Shown: one piece after another, positions 40,492 through 50,303 of the stretch
How the letters are laid out: every line of letters begins with the position of its first letter
Numbering within the stretch: position 1 is the stretch's first letter
Assembly: GCA_963744715.1 (NCBI GenBank)
Contig: CAVUUR010000012.1
Location: 168,926 to 232,925, forward strand
Reading direction: 5' to 3'
Length of the DNA: 64,000 bases
Source: an uncultured bacterium
GTDB lineage: Bacteria; Babelota; Babeliae; Babelales; JACPOV01
The notes under the pieces: model-generated
Told to the model about the DNA's origin: nothing
The model's database searches: none
The model's input: the letters and a program-made list of their open reading frames with translations, nothing else
Program-made: the position numbers and the translations under genes

Positions 40492-42387
40492 CTATCTTTT
40501 TTCTTGAGCCGCTTTTATTTTGGCAATATTTTCTGGCGTCAATTGTTCACGCACTGATTTTTTTTCGATATCTTCAATGTCAATATCTTCAATAGTTTTT
40601 TTTAAAGATTTAGCATACTCCGCTAAAATCTGATTATAACCCTTTTTTTCTGCTTCATCTGCTAAGACAAAATAAAGCCTAGTTTGAGTTGGACTCACTG
40701 CCTTATAAACTTTTTCATTGTACGTAAAAAAAATCAGAACTTTCTCACGAAAAATATCAAGAACAACCTTAAAAAATGTTCCTTTATCACCTTGTAGACT
40801 ACTTTTCATAAGGTCAGAAAACATTCCTGTTATCTCACCTATAATAAATGTTTTATTCGCCCCAAGAATATAACCCTTATAAAATTCTGACCAACTTAGA
40901 AAATTCTGATCAATTGAATAAGAATTCTGAAAAGAAACTTTTTTAATGTAATGGGTAACAGAACCAGGAAGCATGGAAATAATAACAGGCATCGTTTTAG
41001 TATCAATAACTAACTCAAAAGGAATATCTTTCGCATAAAGAAGTATTCCAAACGGCTCGGCTAATTTGCCTTTTCGTTTAAAAAATTTTGCAATTTCCAG
41101 TGGCTCCGTACGTGTTTTGGCAAGAACCGATCCAATAGAAACAACCTTATCAGTATCAATAACAGAAAACCATGGCAATCCAGGAAATTTAATTTGGGGT
41201 AATGAAGCTAAAAGTTCAGATTTAGTTATCAATGGATCAACCAATTTACGATAGTCAATAATATCAGAGGTAGTTACTTGATGTAAAAAGTCATCATATT
41301 GCCTATCTGTTTTTACTTCTAGCCTTCCTTTTCCCATATACACCAGCACGGAAGGACCTGGTACTACTTTATCAGGCACTGAATCGGTAATAATAACAAA
41401 AGAATACGTTCTATCAATATTTTTTTCTATATCATTATACGCCAATACTACATTTAAACCTGCGGCGTAGCAAGAACTAATAAAAAGCAGCTTTGTAGTC
41501 ACCTTCTGATCAAGAAAAGCCAAAAATTTTTGAAATTGTTCAAAGTCGAGACCTATAATTGAATCACCTAGGGTTCCATGACCTTCTATGTATATCGCCC
41601 ATCGTGGTATAGCTGTTTTATTGGCCGCTGGGTATTCACCATTCGTTACAAAAATGTCAGGTAATGCCGTTATAAAATAACTGGCATATTCCTTTTCTGG
41701 TAATGGTTTTTTTATGTCAGTAAGCTGCACCGTTTGCATATGATTAACTTTAAGGCCCAATGCTTGCTCGGTTGATGTAATTTCTGTAGCCATGAAAGGT
41801 TCTAAACTTTTTTCACTTATCCCCTTGGCTTGCAAATATTTTTTAGGTAGCAAAAGATATAATGAATCATTAATCTTTTTAATCACCCATTTTTGTTGCG
41901 CAGTAGTGACATTGAATGATATCACAGAGAGCATAATGTCATTTTTTTCACGTGCATCTTCAGCAGTTAGTTCACTTTTATTAATTATAGTAGTATAACG
42001 TTTAAAAAGATTCTGAGGATCGTTTGGATTAATATTCCTAACGTTAGCAATTACTGAAGCCGATGCAACAATTGGGCCAGCTTCTTGCAGTAGTGCTGTA
42101 ACAAGACCATTACTAACAGCACCAAATTCCCTATTTTTTTCAGTATCATCTAAAAAAATTAAGAGTCCATGAGTGGCAAAAGGCCCAGGTTGAACTTCAG
42201 GACTTGGCGCTACAGGTTCTGGCTGCACCACCACTGGTACTGCTTTGAGTTCATTATTAAGTACTTCTAACCGATTGGTTAACGTAGTAAGTTCCTGCGT
42301 CAACTGGCTAGTGCTCGGTGGAACCATAGCACATAAACTTGTTCCCAAAAAGATGGCCATAATATTTGCACAGATTATTTTTTTCAT
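40492..42387 (-). CDS. Secreted protein with clan CD (caspase-hemoglobinase fold) His/Cys motifs
   Basis: Signal peptide ...LCA-MVP; WAIYIEGHG and KLLFISSCYAAG. Confidence 0.6.
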   Translation of the reverse strand: MKKIICANIMAIFLGTSLCAMVPPSTSQLTQELTTLTNRLEVLNNELKAVPVVVQPEPVAPSPEVQPGPFATHGLLIFLDDTEKNREFGAVSNGLVTALLQEAGPIVASASVIANVRNINPNDPQNLFKRYTTIINKSELTAEDAREKNDIMLSVISFNVTTAQQKWVIKKINDSLYLLLPKKYLQAKGISEKSLEPFMATEITSTEQALGLKVNHMQTVQLTDIKKPLPEKEYASYFITALPDIFVTNGEYPAANKTAIPRWAIYIEGHGTLGDSIIGLDFEQFQKFLAFLDQKVTTKLLFISSCYAAGLNVVLAYNDIEKNIDRTYSFVIITDSVPDKVVPGPSVLVYMGKGRLEVKTDRQYDDFLHQVTTSDIIDYRKLVDPLITKSELLASLPQIKFPGLPWFSVIDTDKVVSIGSVLAKTRTEPLEIAKFFKRKGKLAEPFGILLYAKDIPFELVIDTKTMPVIISMLPGSVTHYIKKVSFQNSYSIDQNFLSWSEFYKGYILGANKTFIIGEITGMFSDLMKSSLQGDKGTFFKVVLDIFREKVLIFFTYNEKVYKAVSPTQTRLYFVLADEAEKKGYNQILAEYAKSLKKTIEDIDIEDIEKKSVREQLTPENIAKIKAAQEKR

Positions 42388-42596
42388 TACCTGCTTCCTT
42401 TTTTACCGATTATTTTTTAGTTGTTTTCATTATGGCATAGCAGGTAAAAATTGTGCAAGTATTTTTCCACAGATAGCTCAAACTACGCTTTATTTTATAT
42501 CGATGTAAATATTTGCTTTTTTATTATATGCACGTAACATTAGTATTAAATACTTCTTAAATACAAGTTAACATACAATTTTTTAGGGACATTATC

Positions 42597-43118
42597 GTGT
42601 TTTTGCCACTTTTATTATTAACCTTTTTTACTGTTCATGGCCATTCATCTGAATATTACAATGTACAAGAAAAACTTAGCGCTATTACTAACAACCATCT
42701 GCAACTACTTAAAGATATTGAATACTCTATTACTGCTAATAAGGTCTTTTTATCATCAGAAGAATGTGAATTATTGATAGAACAATTGGAAACCATAAAA
42801 AAAGAATTATGTGCACGACCAAATGCAGGATTTTTAGTACTCCCTATGCTGGCTGCACTACTGTATGGAGCAAAAACTTGGCTTGATTATGCTGTAATTG
42901 AATCTTGGAAAGACGCTCCATTATGGCTAGAAATGATTATTGATAGAAAAAAACAAGAAGATATTTGCATGCACGATCTTTTACATTTCATTATTTTGCT
43001 ATGTGGAGCCTGCATAGTTAATCTAGAATATCATGAATCCGTCGATCATCTTTTTAGAAAAGAACGTATTTTGGAAAGAAACATTAATAAGCTCATAGCA
43101 ACTCTGAAAACTGCCTAA
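42597..43118 (+). CDS. Hypothetical membrane protein
   Basis: Signal peptide, coiled coil, two hydrophobic segments. Confidence 0.6.
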   Translation: MFLPLLLLTFFTVHGHSSEYYNVQEKLSAITNNHLQLLKDIEYSITANKVFLSSEECELLIEQLETIKKELCARPNAGFLVLPMLAALLYGAKTWLDYAVIESWKDAPLWLEMIIDRKKQEDICMHDLLHFIILLCGACIVNLEYHESVDHLFRKERILERNINKLIATLKTA

Positions 43119-43141
43119 AGAATTTTGCAGCAATTGTTATA

Positions 43142-44083
43142 TCAAGAAAATAAGCTTCCGAAGAAACTATATTTTTTGTTATTTTTTAATTTCTTTTCTT
43201 CTTTAAGACATGCAATAATTGCTTGTAGCGCACGCAGCCTCTTGGCATCTGCAGGGTGCGTAAAACATTCTATACGAGAACCATTCACTTTTTTTATATA
43301 TTCTTCTGCGCTCATAGCATAGTCTCGATGCTCTAACGCATACAACTGATCTGCTACAAATTCCATAGAATAACAAAGCTCACTCAGTATGGCACCTTCT
43401 TGATGAGGGAATGTCCCATTATAGAGAACATAATAGTTACGTGCCACATCATTGATTAATTCTGGTATATCAACACCGGTATGCATTCTCTTTAATGTAT
43501 GCTGAAAACCAATATGATCTTTGCAAACAGCTAATTGAGCTAAACCAAAACAAAAATCATCATTTTCAAGAATATGCGCAAGTTCATGATCAATTACCCC
43601 TTTGATTTCTTGCACACAATCTGTAGACCAATATAAACCAACACGAATTTTCAATGGGTTCCCCGACCATGAAGATGCTTTTTCTATACTTAAATTTTCT
43701 ATACCTCTTTTCTGTGCTTCTTCTACTATTGCTGACCTTATTACAACAGGAACTTGTTCATCGTGAATGCATTGCTTATGTTTTGCCAAGATCCCTAAAG
43801 CACGCTGTTGCCGACCCTCAAAAAACTCCTCAGCTTTTAATTGTCCCATCATGGGAGTAACACAATGTAAAAAAATATTTTTCTTCCATTGCACTAAATC
43901 TCGCGAAAATGTCTCTTTTACCGTTGAACCGTTGTTGAAAATGTCTTTTGTGTAGGCTAAAGCATGATGATTGATATCATTACCTGAATGCAAAAAAATT
44001 CTAGGCCAGTGAGGCATTTTGGGAGCCATAGGCAATAGTTGACTAGAAAAAAGAAGGGCGAGTAAGAGGAATTTTTTGAACAT
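43142..44083 (-). CDS. Secreted M48-like zinc metallopeptidase
   Basis: GVIDHELAHI, EFVAD, FTHP...R. Confidence 0.7.
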   Translation of the reverse strand: MFKKFLLLALLFSSQLLPMAPKMPHWPRIFLHSGNDINHHALAYTKDIFNNGSTVKETFSRDLVQWKKNIFLHCVTPMMGQLKAEEFFEGRQQRALGILAKHKQCIHDEQVPVVIRSAIVEEAQKRGIENLSIEKASSWSGNPLKIRVGLYWSTDCVQEIKGVIDHELAHILENDDFCFGLAQLAVCKDHIGFQHTLKRMHTGVDIPELINDVARNYYVLYNGTFPHQEGAILSELCYSMEFVADQLYALEHRDYAMSAEEYIKKVNGSRIECFTHPADAKRLRALQAIIACLKEEKKLKNNKKYSFFGSLFS

Positions 44084-44210
44084 ATTTCTCTCAACGTATT
44101 AGATTATATTTTTTATTGCTTTATTACTATTATACAATACGTGAGAATAAGTGCAAGTAGGACAACAAGATAAAAAACAAATCAAAAACAGCAAGAAAAA
44201 AGCTTACTAC

Positions 44211-44516
44211 TTATTTTTTGTACGGTTGAATAGCTAATTCTAATCCAAGAACATGAAGTACCGATCTTAAACTCGTTAATTTAGGATTGCCTTTCTTGGA
44301 TAGCATACGATATAAATTTTCACGATTAAGATTAGCTTCATCAGCAAGTGATGTCATGTCGCGATCTTGAGCCTCCAAGACATTTTTCAATGCTAGTAAA
44401 AAAACTCGCGGATCTTCATCCATAAGAGCTGCATTAAGATATGCATGCGCTTCTTGAGGATTTCGTAATGATTCAATAAGATATTCTTGATAATCTATAT
44501 ATTTTCTTTTTTTCAT
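44211..44516 (-). CDS. Addiction-module antidote (HigA/HI1420-like HTH antitoxin)
   Basis: AYLNAAL, FLLALKNV, MTSLADEANLNRENLYRMLSKKGNPKL, LHVLGLEL. Confidence 0.88.
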   Translation of the reverse strand: MKKRKYIDYQEYLIESLRNPQEAHAYLNAALMDEDPRVFLLALKNVLEAQDRDMTSLADEANLNRENLYRMLSKKGNPKLTSLRSVLHVLGLELAIQPYKK

Positions 44517-44590
44517 AGTATCGAACAAGTGTAGCTTTAAAACGATTACAAAGCAAGAAACATCAAATAAACCGCCAGAAATCTGCGTAA

Positions 44591-44735
44591 TCAATATTTT
44601 TTGTTATTTTTTAATTTCTCTTCTTCTTTGAGAGACGCTATAAGCACTTGCAGCGCACGCAATCTATCCAAACTTAATGGATGTACAAGACCTTCTTTGT
44701 CGCCCACACCATCACAGATAACTAAACCTGGCCAT
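44591..44735 (-). pseudogene. 3' relic of an M48-like gene paralogous to 43142-44083
   Basis: Translates ...GLVHPLSLDRLRALQVLIASLKEEEKLKNNKKY* versus FTHPADAKRLRALQAIIACLKEEKKLKNNKKY. Confidence 0.8.
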
Positions 44736-44799
44736 TACCTCAATAAAGAGAATTATCAATACCATTAACCCTAAATTACCCGTAATTAAAATATTCTAT

Positions 44800-44828
44800 T
44801 TGACACTATTTTGCAATTTAGGTATAGT
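44800..44828 (+). promoter_or_regulatory. Sigma70-like promoter
   Basis: TTGACA-17 nt-TATAGT upstream of the 44870 gene. Confidence 0.65.
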
Positions 44829-44869
44829 TATACTATATTATTTTTTTAATATTTATTTAAGGGACTTTT

Positions 44870-45190
44870 ATGAAAAAATTATTATTGATAGGTTTATTGT
44901 TTAATTCATACAACCTCGTTAAAGCAACAACCGATGATTTAGTGGAATATGAAAAATCACTAGTACAACAACAACGAAATGATATATACGAAGATAACAA
45001 AATCGGATCGACAGACACTCTTAAGAACGATGAAAAAATCGAATGGGAAGAAACTCTTAGAAAGATAGAAAAAAACAAACAATCAATACAATCATTTGAA
45101 CGTTCACAAAAATGCGAGTGGGCGTACCTTGGTTTAGTAGCCGGTACCGTTTTTACTACAACTTATATTGCTAAAAGCTTTTTAATTTGA
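44870..45190 (+). CDS. Secreted hypothetical protein with C-terminal hydrophobic anchor
   Basis: Signal peptide ending VKA, coiled coil, terminal transmembrane segment. Confidence 0.65.
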   Translation: MKKLLLIGLLFNSYNLVKATTDDLVEYEKSLVQQQRNDIYEDNKIGSTDTLKNDEKIEWEETLRKIEKNKQSIQSFERSQKCEWAYLGLVAGTVFTTTYIAKSFLI

Positions 45191-45281
45191 CGTTTGAGGG
45201 CAGTTGATCAAACTCTATTTTTTGTATACTCTATTAGAAAATAGATAATTTTATATATCAAATAACAAAAGGTAATTTTTT

Positions 45282-45737
45282 ATGAAATTTTTACACTTTA
45301 CACTTATTGTACTATATGCCACGCAGGCTTTTGGTATGCAAACCCAACAAAATCCAAAAGAAATAGTAAAAACTAAGTTAAATAGTGGTATAAAGGTCCC
45401 CGGTGGTTCATATATTTTTGTTTGTCCCGAATCGCCATATCACGGCCTGTATACGTTAGGTAAAAGCGAAAAAAGCAATGGGGTTGCAACATTGCATCTC
45501 ACACAACAAAAAGGTTATTTTTATAATAATACTTTTAATGTTTTAAAAACGATCGGCACCCCAATAACTATCGATGGCATTGGCGATGTTAAGAAAGAAT
45601 TAACGTTAACGTCAAAAATTATTGGTTTAACAGCCGTCGGGCTTGGAATTGGTGCAGGATATTATTTTAGAAATTCTCTTCCTACCTTTTCAACATCAGT
45701 GTTTACTAATTTTTTTAAAAAAATAAGTAGAATTTAA
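45282..45737 (+). CDS. Secreted hypothetical protein with C-terminal hydrophobic segment
   Basis: Signal peptide ...AFG-MQT; IIGLTAVGLGIGAGYYF. Confidence 0.65.
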   Translation: MKFLHFTLIVLYATQAFGMQTQQNPKEIVKTKLNSGIKVPGGSYIFVCPESPYHGLYTLGKSEKSNGVATLHLTQQKGYFYNNTFNVLKTIGTPITIDGIGDVKKELTLTSKIIGLTAVGLGIGAGYYFRNSLPTFSTSVFTNFFKKISRI

Positions 45738-45751
45738 AGTACTATACTATT

Positions 45752-45784
45752 AATAAGCCCCGATATTTTGGGGCTTATTTTTTT
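45752..45784. terminator. Intrinsic terminator
   Basis: aataagcccc-loop-ggggcttatt followed by a T-run. Confidence 0.8.
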
Positions 45785-45808
45785 GCAAGCAATAACAAAA
45801 CATTATTC

Positions 45809-47605
45809 TTAATGATCCAATTGGATTTTGCCTTGTATGAGTTCTTTATAATAATGAGAGTGTTCTTGTAATACGTGCGAAGTATAGGCATTAATCGCTT
45901 TTTCTTTGTGCAATAACGATAAATCGATGATACCAACCGCTTTTTGAATTGTTTTCAATCTATGTGCAACCACCAACGTAACAGAATCTTTGGCTAATGT
46001 TTCTATCATGTTAGTAATTGCTGCTTCACTCAGTTCATCTAAACTGCTGGTTGGTTCATCAATCAGTACTAACAATGGTTTGTAATAATGTGCACGTAAA
46101 TAAAGGCCGGCAAAATTTAATCGTTGCCGTTGGCCACCGGAAAGATTTAAACCACCTTCACCAAGCATCGTTGCTAAGCCATCATGCTGTTGTAGTACGA
46201 TTAATAACCCCACTTGTTCTAGTATGTGTAATAAATCTTGATCGGTATAGCCATGCTCTTCTGGCAATCCTAATAACAAATTATTTTTTATCGTACCGCG
46301 CATATTCGATGCAACCTGCCCTTGTAGCGCAATAAGTTGGCTGCGTACCGCATCGTTAACGGTATAAATATCAATGCCATTAATAACAATATTCCCTTTG
46401 ATTGGTTTTAATTGCCCACCAAGAATTGATAACAAGGTGGTTTTTCCACTGCCCGATGGCCCAATAATCCCATACAGTTTTGATACTTTTTGTTGCGAGC
46501 ATACCAGTTTGCAGGTGTGATCATTAAATAACATCGCTTTGCCATAATCAAAATAAATATTGCTTGCCGTAATAGTAATTGTTTCTACCTTGTTAATTTC
46601 TATCAAAGATTCCCCAAGAACGGGAAATGTCTCTTTGCCAAACGTAGGGATGAATGCAAATAAATCTTTAATTGCCGTTGTACTATGCGTAATTTTTCTT
46701 AATACTCGAGCAAAGCGCACCATCTCTTTTGAACTTTGCACGTATACCAAAAATAATCCTAGCGCTGTTGCTGCAGTCATCATCGTGGCTTGCATATACC
46801 ATATCAGTAACATTGCCAAAACAAACAGTGAAACAATATATAATGAACCCAATAAGGTAAAAAGTGTTGAGTAAGAAAACCACAATGATGCTTCAGTGCT
46901 CATATTTTCTGTAATAGCTATATGCACTATATTATTTCTAAAATTTGAAGCAAATGTAGCACGAATCAGTTGTATTTGCGTTAAATTTTCCATAGCCGTC
47001 GACTTAAATGCATCATCACTGGCAATAAAAGAATTTTCCCACAATTGACATTTATATTTTGCAAAATAATAGCCAATAGCAAGTATGCTGACAATAAAAC
47101 AGGTCATAACGCTCGCCAACAACAATGAATAATAAGCTAACGAAATAATTACCGTTACTAATCCCATTATTAATGGTGTAACTTCAAAGGTAATATGATC
47201 AAGAAAATCTTCATAACCGCGCGCGGCTCGTTCAATTTTTGCTAGTACCGATCCACTTGAACGATGAATATGGTAATGCGGATCAACGGTCAATAAATAT
47301 ACATAGGCATTTTGATAGATGCTATGAATACATTGCAATTGAAATGTTGTATTGAATTTCATTCGCGTAACGGCACACAACCAATCAATAAAAAACCAGG
47401 CAGTAAAAAGAAGTATGCACCAATAAAAACTATGCGCTTCAAATAATTTTGCAGCTATAAAAGGAACTAAACTCCAAATTACTTGAGTAAGCGTCGTAAT
47501 ACTAAGAACTACCAAAAACAACCATTTTTGTTGCCATGCTAAATACCACCATGGTTTGGTAAAATCTACGGGAAGTATGGTAAAATTTTTTAACCTATTA
47601 AACAT
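45809..47605 (-). CDS. ABC exporter (fused permease and ATPase)
   Basis: Six TM segments, GPSGSGKT, LSGGQRQR, LIDEPTSSLD, VAHRL. Confidence 0.9.
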   Translation of the reverse strand: MFNRLKNFTILPVDFTKPWWYLAWQQKWLFLVVLSITTLTQVIWSLVPFIAAKLFEAHSFYWCILLFTAWFFIDWLCAVTRMKFNTTFQLQCIHSIYQNAYVYLLTVDPHYHIHRSSGSVLAKIERAARGYEDFLDHITFEVTPLIMGLVTVIISLAYYSLLLASVMTCFIVSILAIGYYFAKYKCQLWENSFIASDDAFKSTAMENLTQIQLIRATFASNFRNNIVHIAITENMSTEASLWFSYSTLFTLLGSLYIVSLFVLAMLLIWYMQATMMTAATALGLFLVYVQSSKEMVRFARVLRKITHSTTAIKDLFAFIPTFGKETFPVLGESLIEINKVETITITASNIYFDYGKAMLFNDHTCKLVCSQQKVSKLYGIIGPSGSGKTTLLSILGGQLKPIKGNIVINGIDIYTVNDAVRSQLIALQGQVASNMRGTIKNNLLLGLPEEHGYTDQDLLHILEQVGLLIVLQQHDGLATMLGEGGLNLSGGQRQRLNFAGLYLRAHYYKPLLVLIDEPTSSLDELSEAAITNMIETLAKDSVTLVVAHRLKTIQKAVGIIDLSLLHKEKAINAYTSHVLQEHSHYYKELIQGKIQLDH

Positions 47606-47668
47606 GTTGTAAGCTTCGGTATAAATTTTTAATGCATGTGATAACTATGAAAATTTTATCTCTTATTG

Positions 47669-48316
47669 TCACTCATCATCAGCAATTTCATGCCAACCAT
47701 AACCAGTGCCAAGACTCTTCTTATGAGCCGATTCATAAACTTCCAAAGCTTTAGGCTGTGTTAAAAGTATTTTTTCAGCCAGCCCAGGATTAAGCATAGC
47801 AAGATCGTCATTATGCAGATGCAAAGCACTCAACAGATCTTTAAATTCATGTATAAATGCAATGCGCCCAAAGATGCGATAATCTAACATCTCGTCAAGA
47901 GCCAAAAAATCAAAACTATTGGCAGAATCCATAATGGCTTGATCATTACCTTCAATACTAAACTTCACCATAACATTAGCCATTCGTTCTTTCTTTTCCC
48001 ACCTCTCTTGCACATTATGGAGTTTTTTACTATGCAATTCTTCCAATATCTGTAACGTTGGCACAATCACCTTGTCCCAGATATTTGGCTTGATAGGTAT
48101 TGCAATTTTTTCTTGAATAGTACCTGCCAATTCCAAGCCCGGTTTAAGCACTGGTGAACACACAAGGTATTTTTTTGCAATGGTTCGTTCTTGATCACCT
48201 GCAAGCACAATAGTAACTGGTGCTTCCAGATTGTGCGTATTGGCAATTTCCATGCCACAACAATCAGAAAATAAAATACCGAGTAACAACATTTTCAGCA
48301 TACCATGTTTTTGCAT
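47669..48316 (-). CDS. Secreted Skp1/BTB-POZ-like protein
   Basis: Signal peptide ...CCG-MEI; VTIVLAGDQERTIAKKYLVCSPVLK...IAIPIKPNIWDKVI; ANSFDFLALDEML. Confidence 0.55.
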   Translation of the reverse strand: MQKHGMLKMLLLGILFSDCCGMEIANTHNLEAPVTIVLAGDQERTIAKKYLVCSPVLKPGLELAGTIQEKIAIPIKPNIWDKVIVPTLQILEELHSKKLHNVQERWEKKERMANVMVKFSIEGNDQAIMDSANSFDFLALDEMLDYRIFGRIAFIHEFKDLLSALHLHNDDLAMLNPGLAEKILLTQPKALEVYESAHKKSLGTGYGWHEIADDE

Positions 48317-48362
48317 AAAAACTCCTACTACTTTTTAAATCTTGTTTTTCCTGTATGTACTT

Positions 48363-48782
48363 TTATCTTGTATAACTATATAGATCATAAGCAAAACAAC
48401 TTCCCGCTATAATTGCTGACGCGACAGTTCTTCGCGCCATTATTTTAGATTTTGCTTTTGTTATAAATATTTTTTTTCTATACTCTTTGCGCAACTTAGT
48501 TAATTTTTTAATCAACTCTTCATTGCTGCAAACTTGTAGCTGTCTTGCCCAATATTTTGCTGACCTTCTCTCATAATGCATATCTTGTATTTCTTTCTCT
48601 AATGCATGGTATTTTACATGCTGCCATGTAGTAATCATTGCCATACCGCATGATGAAAGGAAACCAATCTTCGCTTTATTAGGATTATTGGAGACTTGCA
48701 CCTTATCATCAACGCCGTACATGGTATTGGTGCATACACTAAAAAAAAGTATTGTGCATACTTTTTTTACAAATACTTGCAT
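48363..48782 (-). CDS. Basic hypothetical protein with signal peptide
   Basis: Signal peptide, two short hydrophobic segments flanking a charged helix. Confidence 0.55.
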   Translation of the reverse strand: MQVFVKKVCTILFFSVCTNTMYGVDDKVQVSNNPNKAKIGFLSSCGMAMITTWQHVKYHALEKEIQDMHYERRSAKYWARQLQVCSNEELIKKLTKLRKEYRKKIFITKAKSKIMARRTVASAIIAGSCFAYDLYSYTR

Positions 48783-48850
48783 ACGGTTTTCCCCTGCATT
48801 TTTATTTTTTTTGAAAATAAGAATACATCAAATTGCACTATTATGAAAGA

Positions 48851-48892
48851 AAAACAGGTGATATACATAAGCTGTAACACCACCTGTTTTTA
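48851..48892 (-). terminator. Terminator-like hairpin after the translocase gene
   Basis: aaaacaggtg / cacctgtttt inverted repeat. Confidence 0.55.
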
Positions 48893-48902
48893 TAAACGCA
48901 CT

Positions 48903-50303
48903 TTAACAAACAATTTTATTTTGATCAATTGCTTTTTTGTAGGTTTTTCCTAAAAAGATTGCAATGAAAAACCAGGCAATCACAATACCAAAACCCAGAT
49001 ACGAGCTTAACATAACATGCCGCACTCTCCCTGCAAATTCTCCTAAGTTTTTTTGCAGCGGCGCAAGTGTCATGTTAAATATAGAACCTCCCTCTTTTGA
49101 CGCACGCGAACCAAAGGTTTCTATCCATGCCTGCGCTTTAAAACGAACATCATGCGTCGTTGGAATATACAATTGTTTTAATGCCGGGCCGTTAAGTGCA
49201 TAATTGATTGCTTTTGAGCCGATCATTAACCAAAAGAGAAATTTTAAACTATCAAGTGTCATAAAACCAAAAACAGCACCGCCTATAACAAGAGGAACCA
49301 GCGCAAGAGAAACGGTAATACCAAAAATCCTGGTGATATTATTTATACCAAGTAATAAACACACCAAGGTCATAACGTTAACCATAGAACCATATAGTCC
49401 TAAATATTCTGCATGTTCAGTACCGGCATAAGTTGCCGCAGCTAACACTTGAAAGTGCATATCAAAAATGGTCACAATAAATTCAAAGAAAAAAGTAGCC
49501 GCAAAAATTCCTAACAAATAACGGTGGGAAAGTAATAATTTCAGCCCTTCTAAAAATCCCGGCTCTTGTTCTTTTTCTTTTGTTTCTTCGTTTTTACCAT
49601 GATAAGCAATTAACAAATCTTTAGGTGTTGCGCGTAAAAAATATCTCACCAAGGCGATAACCGAAATCGTTAATAGTGCACAACTAAATACGGCAATACC
49701 GCTCGTCGTAAAATTAAATCGCCGTGGCAAACTCGTTATAAAATAAGGAGCTAAAATACCACCAATTTGTCCAATTGCAACAATAAATGCGAATCCTTTT
49801 TTTGCTGATTCTGGTTTTGTAATATCAGTTGTAAATGCCCAAAATAATGCAATTAAGAATGAGCCATAACTTTCAACAAATACGTACCAAGAAAAACCAA
49901 GCACTTTCGTAGCAAAACAGGCCAATGCACTGCGGCAGGTAATAACTTCTACGGGAGCTTGTCCGATAGATGATGTGGTTAATAACACCGCAAAAATAAC
50001 CGTTGCACAACCGTAGATTGCCGAAAGCATATAAAACATTTTTTCACGAGAAAAGCGATCTAACATTTTGGTATAAATCATTACCAAAGGGAAGAGCGTT
50101 AAAATTGATACGGTCTTTGCCCACGGCAAATACGCCGCGCCGACTAAATTTGCAAAAATAGCATTTTTAAGAACCCGCAAAGTCCAGTAAGCACCAATAA
50201 TGCATGAGAAAATGGCACCAAGCCGCATGAATTTTTTGAATTCTTCACGCTCAAAATCACCAAAAATCGGTTTCGCACAGGTTTGTAATAAGGAAATAAT
50301 CAT
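48903..50303 (-). CDS. ATP/ADP translocase (NTT/TLC family nucleotide transporter)
   Basis: YWTLRVLK, LPWAK, FVESYGS, FWAF, AKKGF, SKAINYALNGP, YIPTTHDVRFKAQAWIE; about 12 TM segments. Confidence 0.88.
   Translation of the reverse strand: MIISLLQTCAKPIFGDFEREEFKKFMRLGAIFSCIIGAYWTLRVLKNAIFANLVGAAYLPWAKTVSILTLFPLVMIYTKMLDRFSREKMFYMLSAIYGCATVIFAVLLTTSSIGQAPVEVITCRSALACFATKVLGFSWYVFVESYGSFLIALFWAFTTDITKPESAKKGFAFIVAIGQIGGILAPYFITSLPRRFNFTTSGIAVFSCALLTISVIALVRYFLRATPKDLLIAYHGKNEETKEKEQEPGFLEGLKLLLSHRYLLGIFAATFFFEFIVTIFDMHFQVLAAATYAGTEHAEYLGLYGSMVNVMTLVCLLLGINNITRIFGITVSLALVPLVIGGAVFGFMTLDSLKFLFWLMIGSKAINYALNGPALKQLYIPTTHDVRFKAQAWIETFGSRASKEGGSIFNMTLAPLQKNLGEFAGRVRHVMLSSYLGFGIVIAWFFIAIFLGKTYKKAIDQNKIVC

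Noticed and set aside
44517..44594. N-terminal extension of the antitoxin or a hidden toxin gene
   Set aside because: Family similarity starts at MKKRKY (44516); upstream DNA is a peptidase relic with no RelE/HigB-like ORF.
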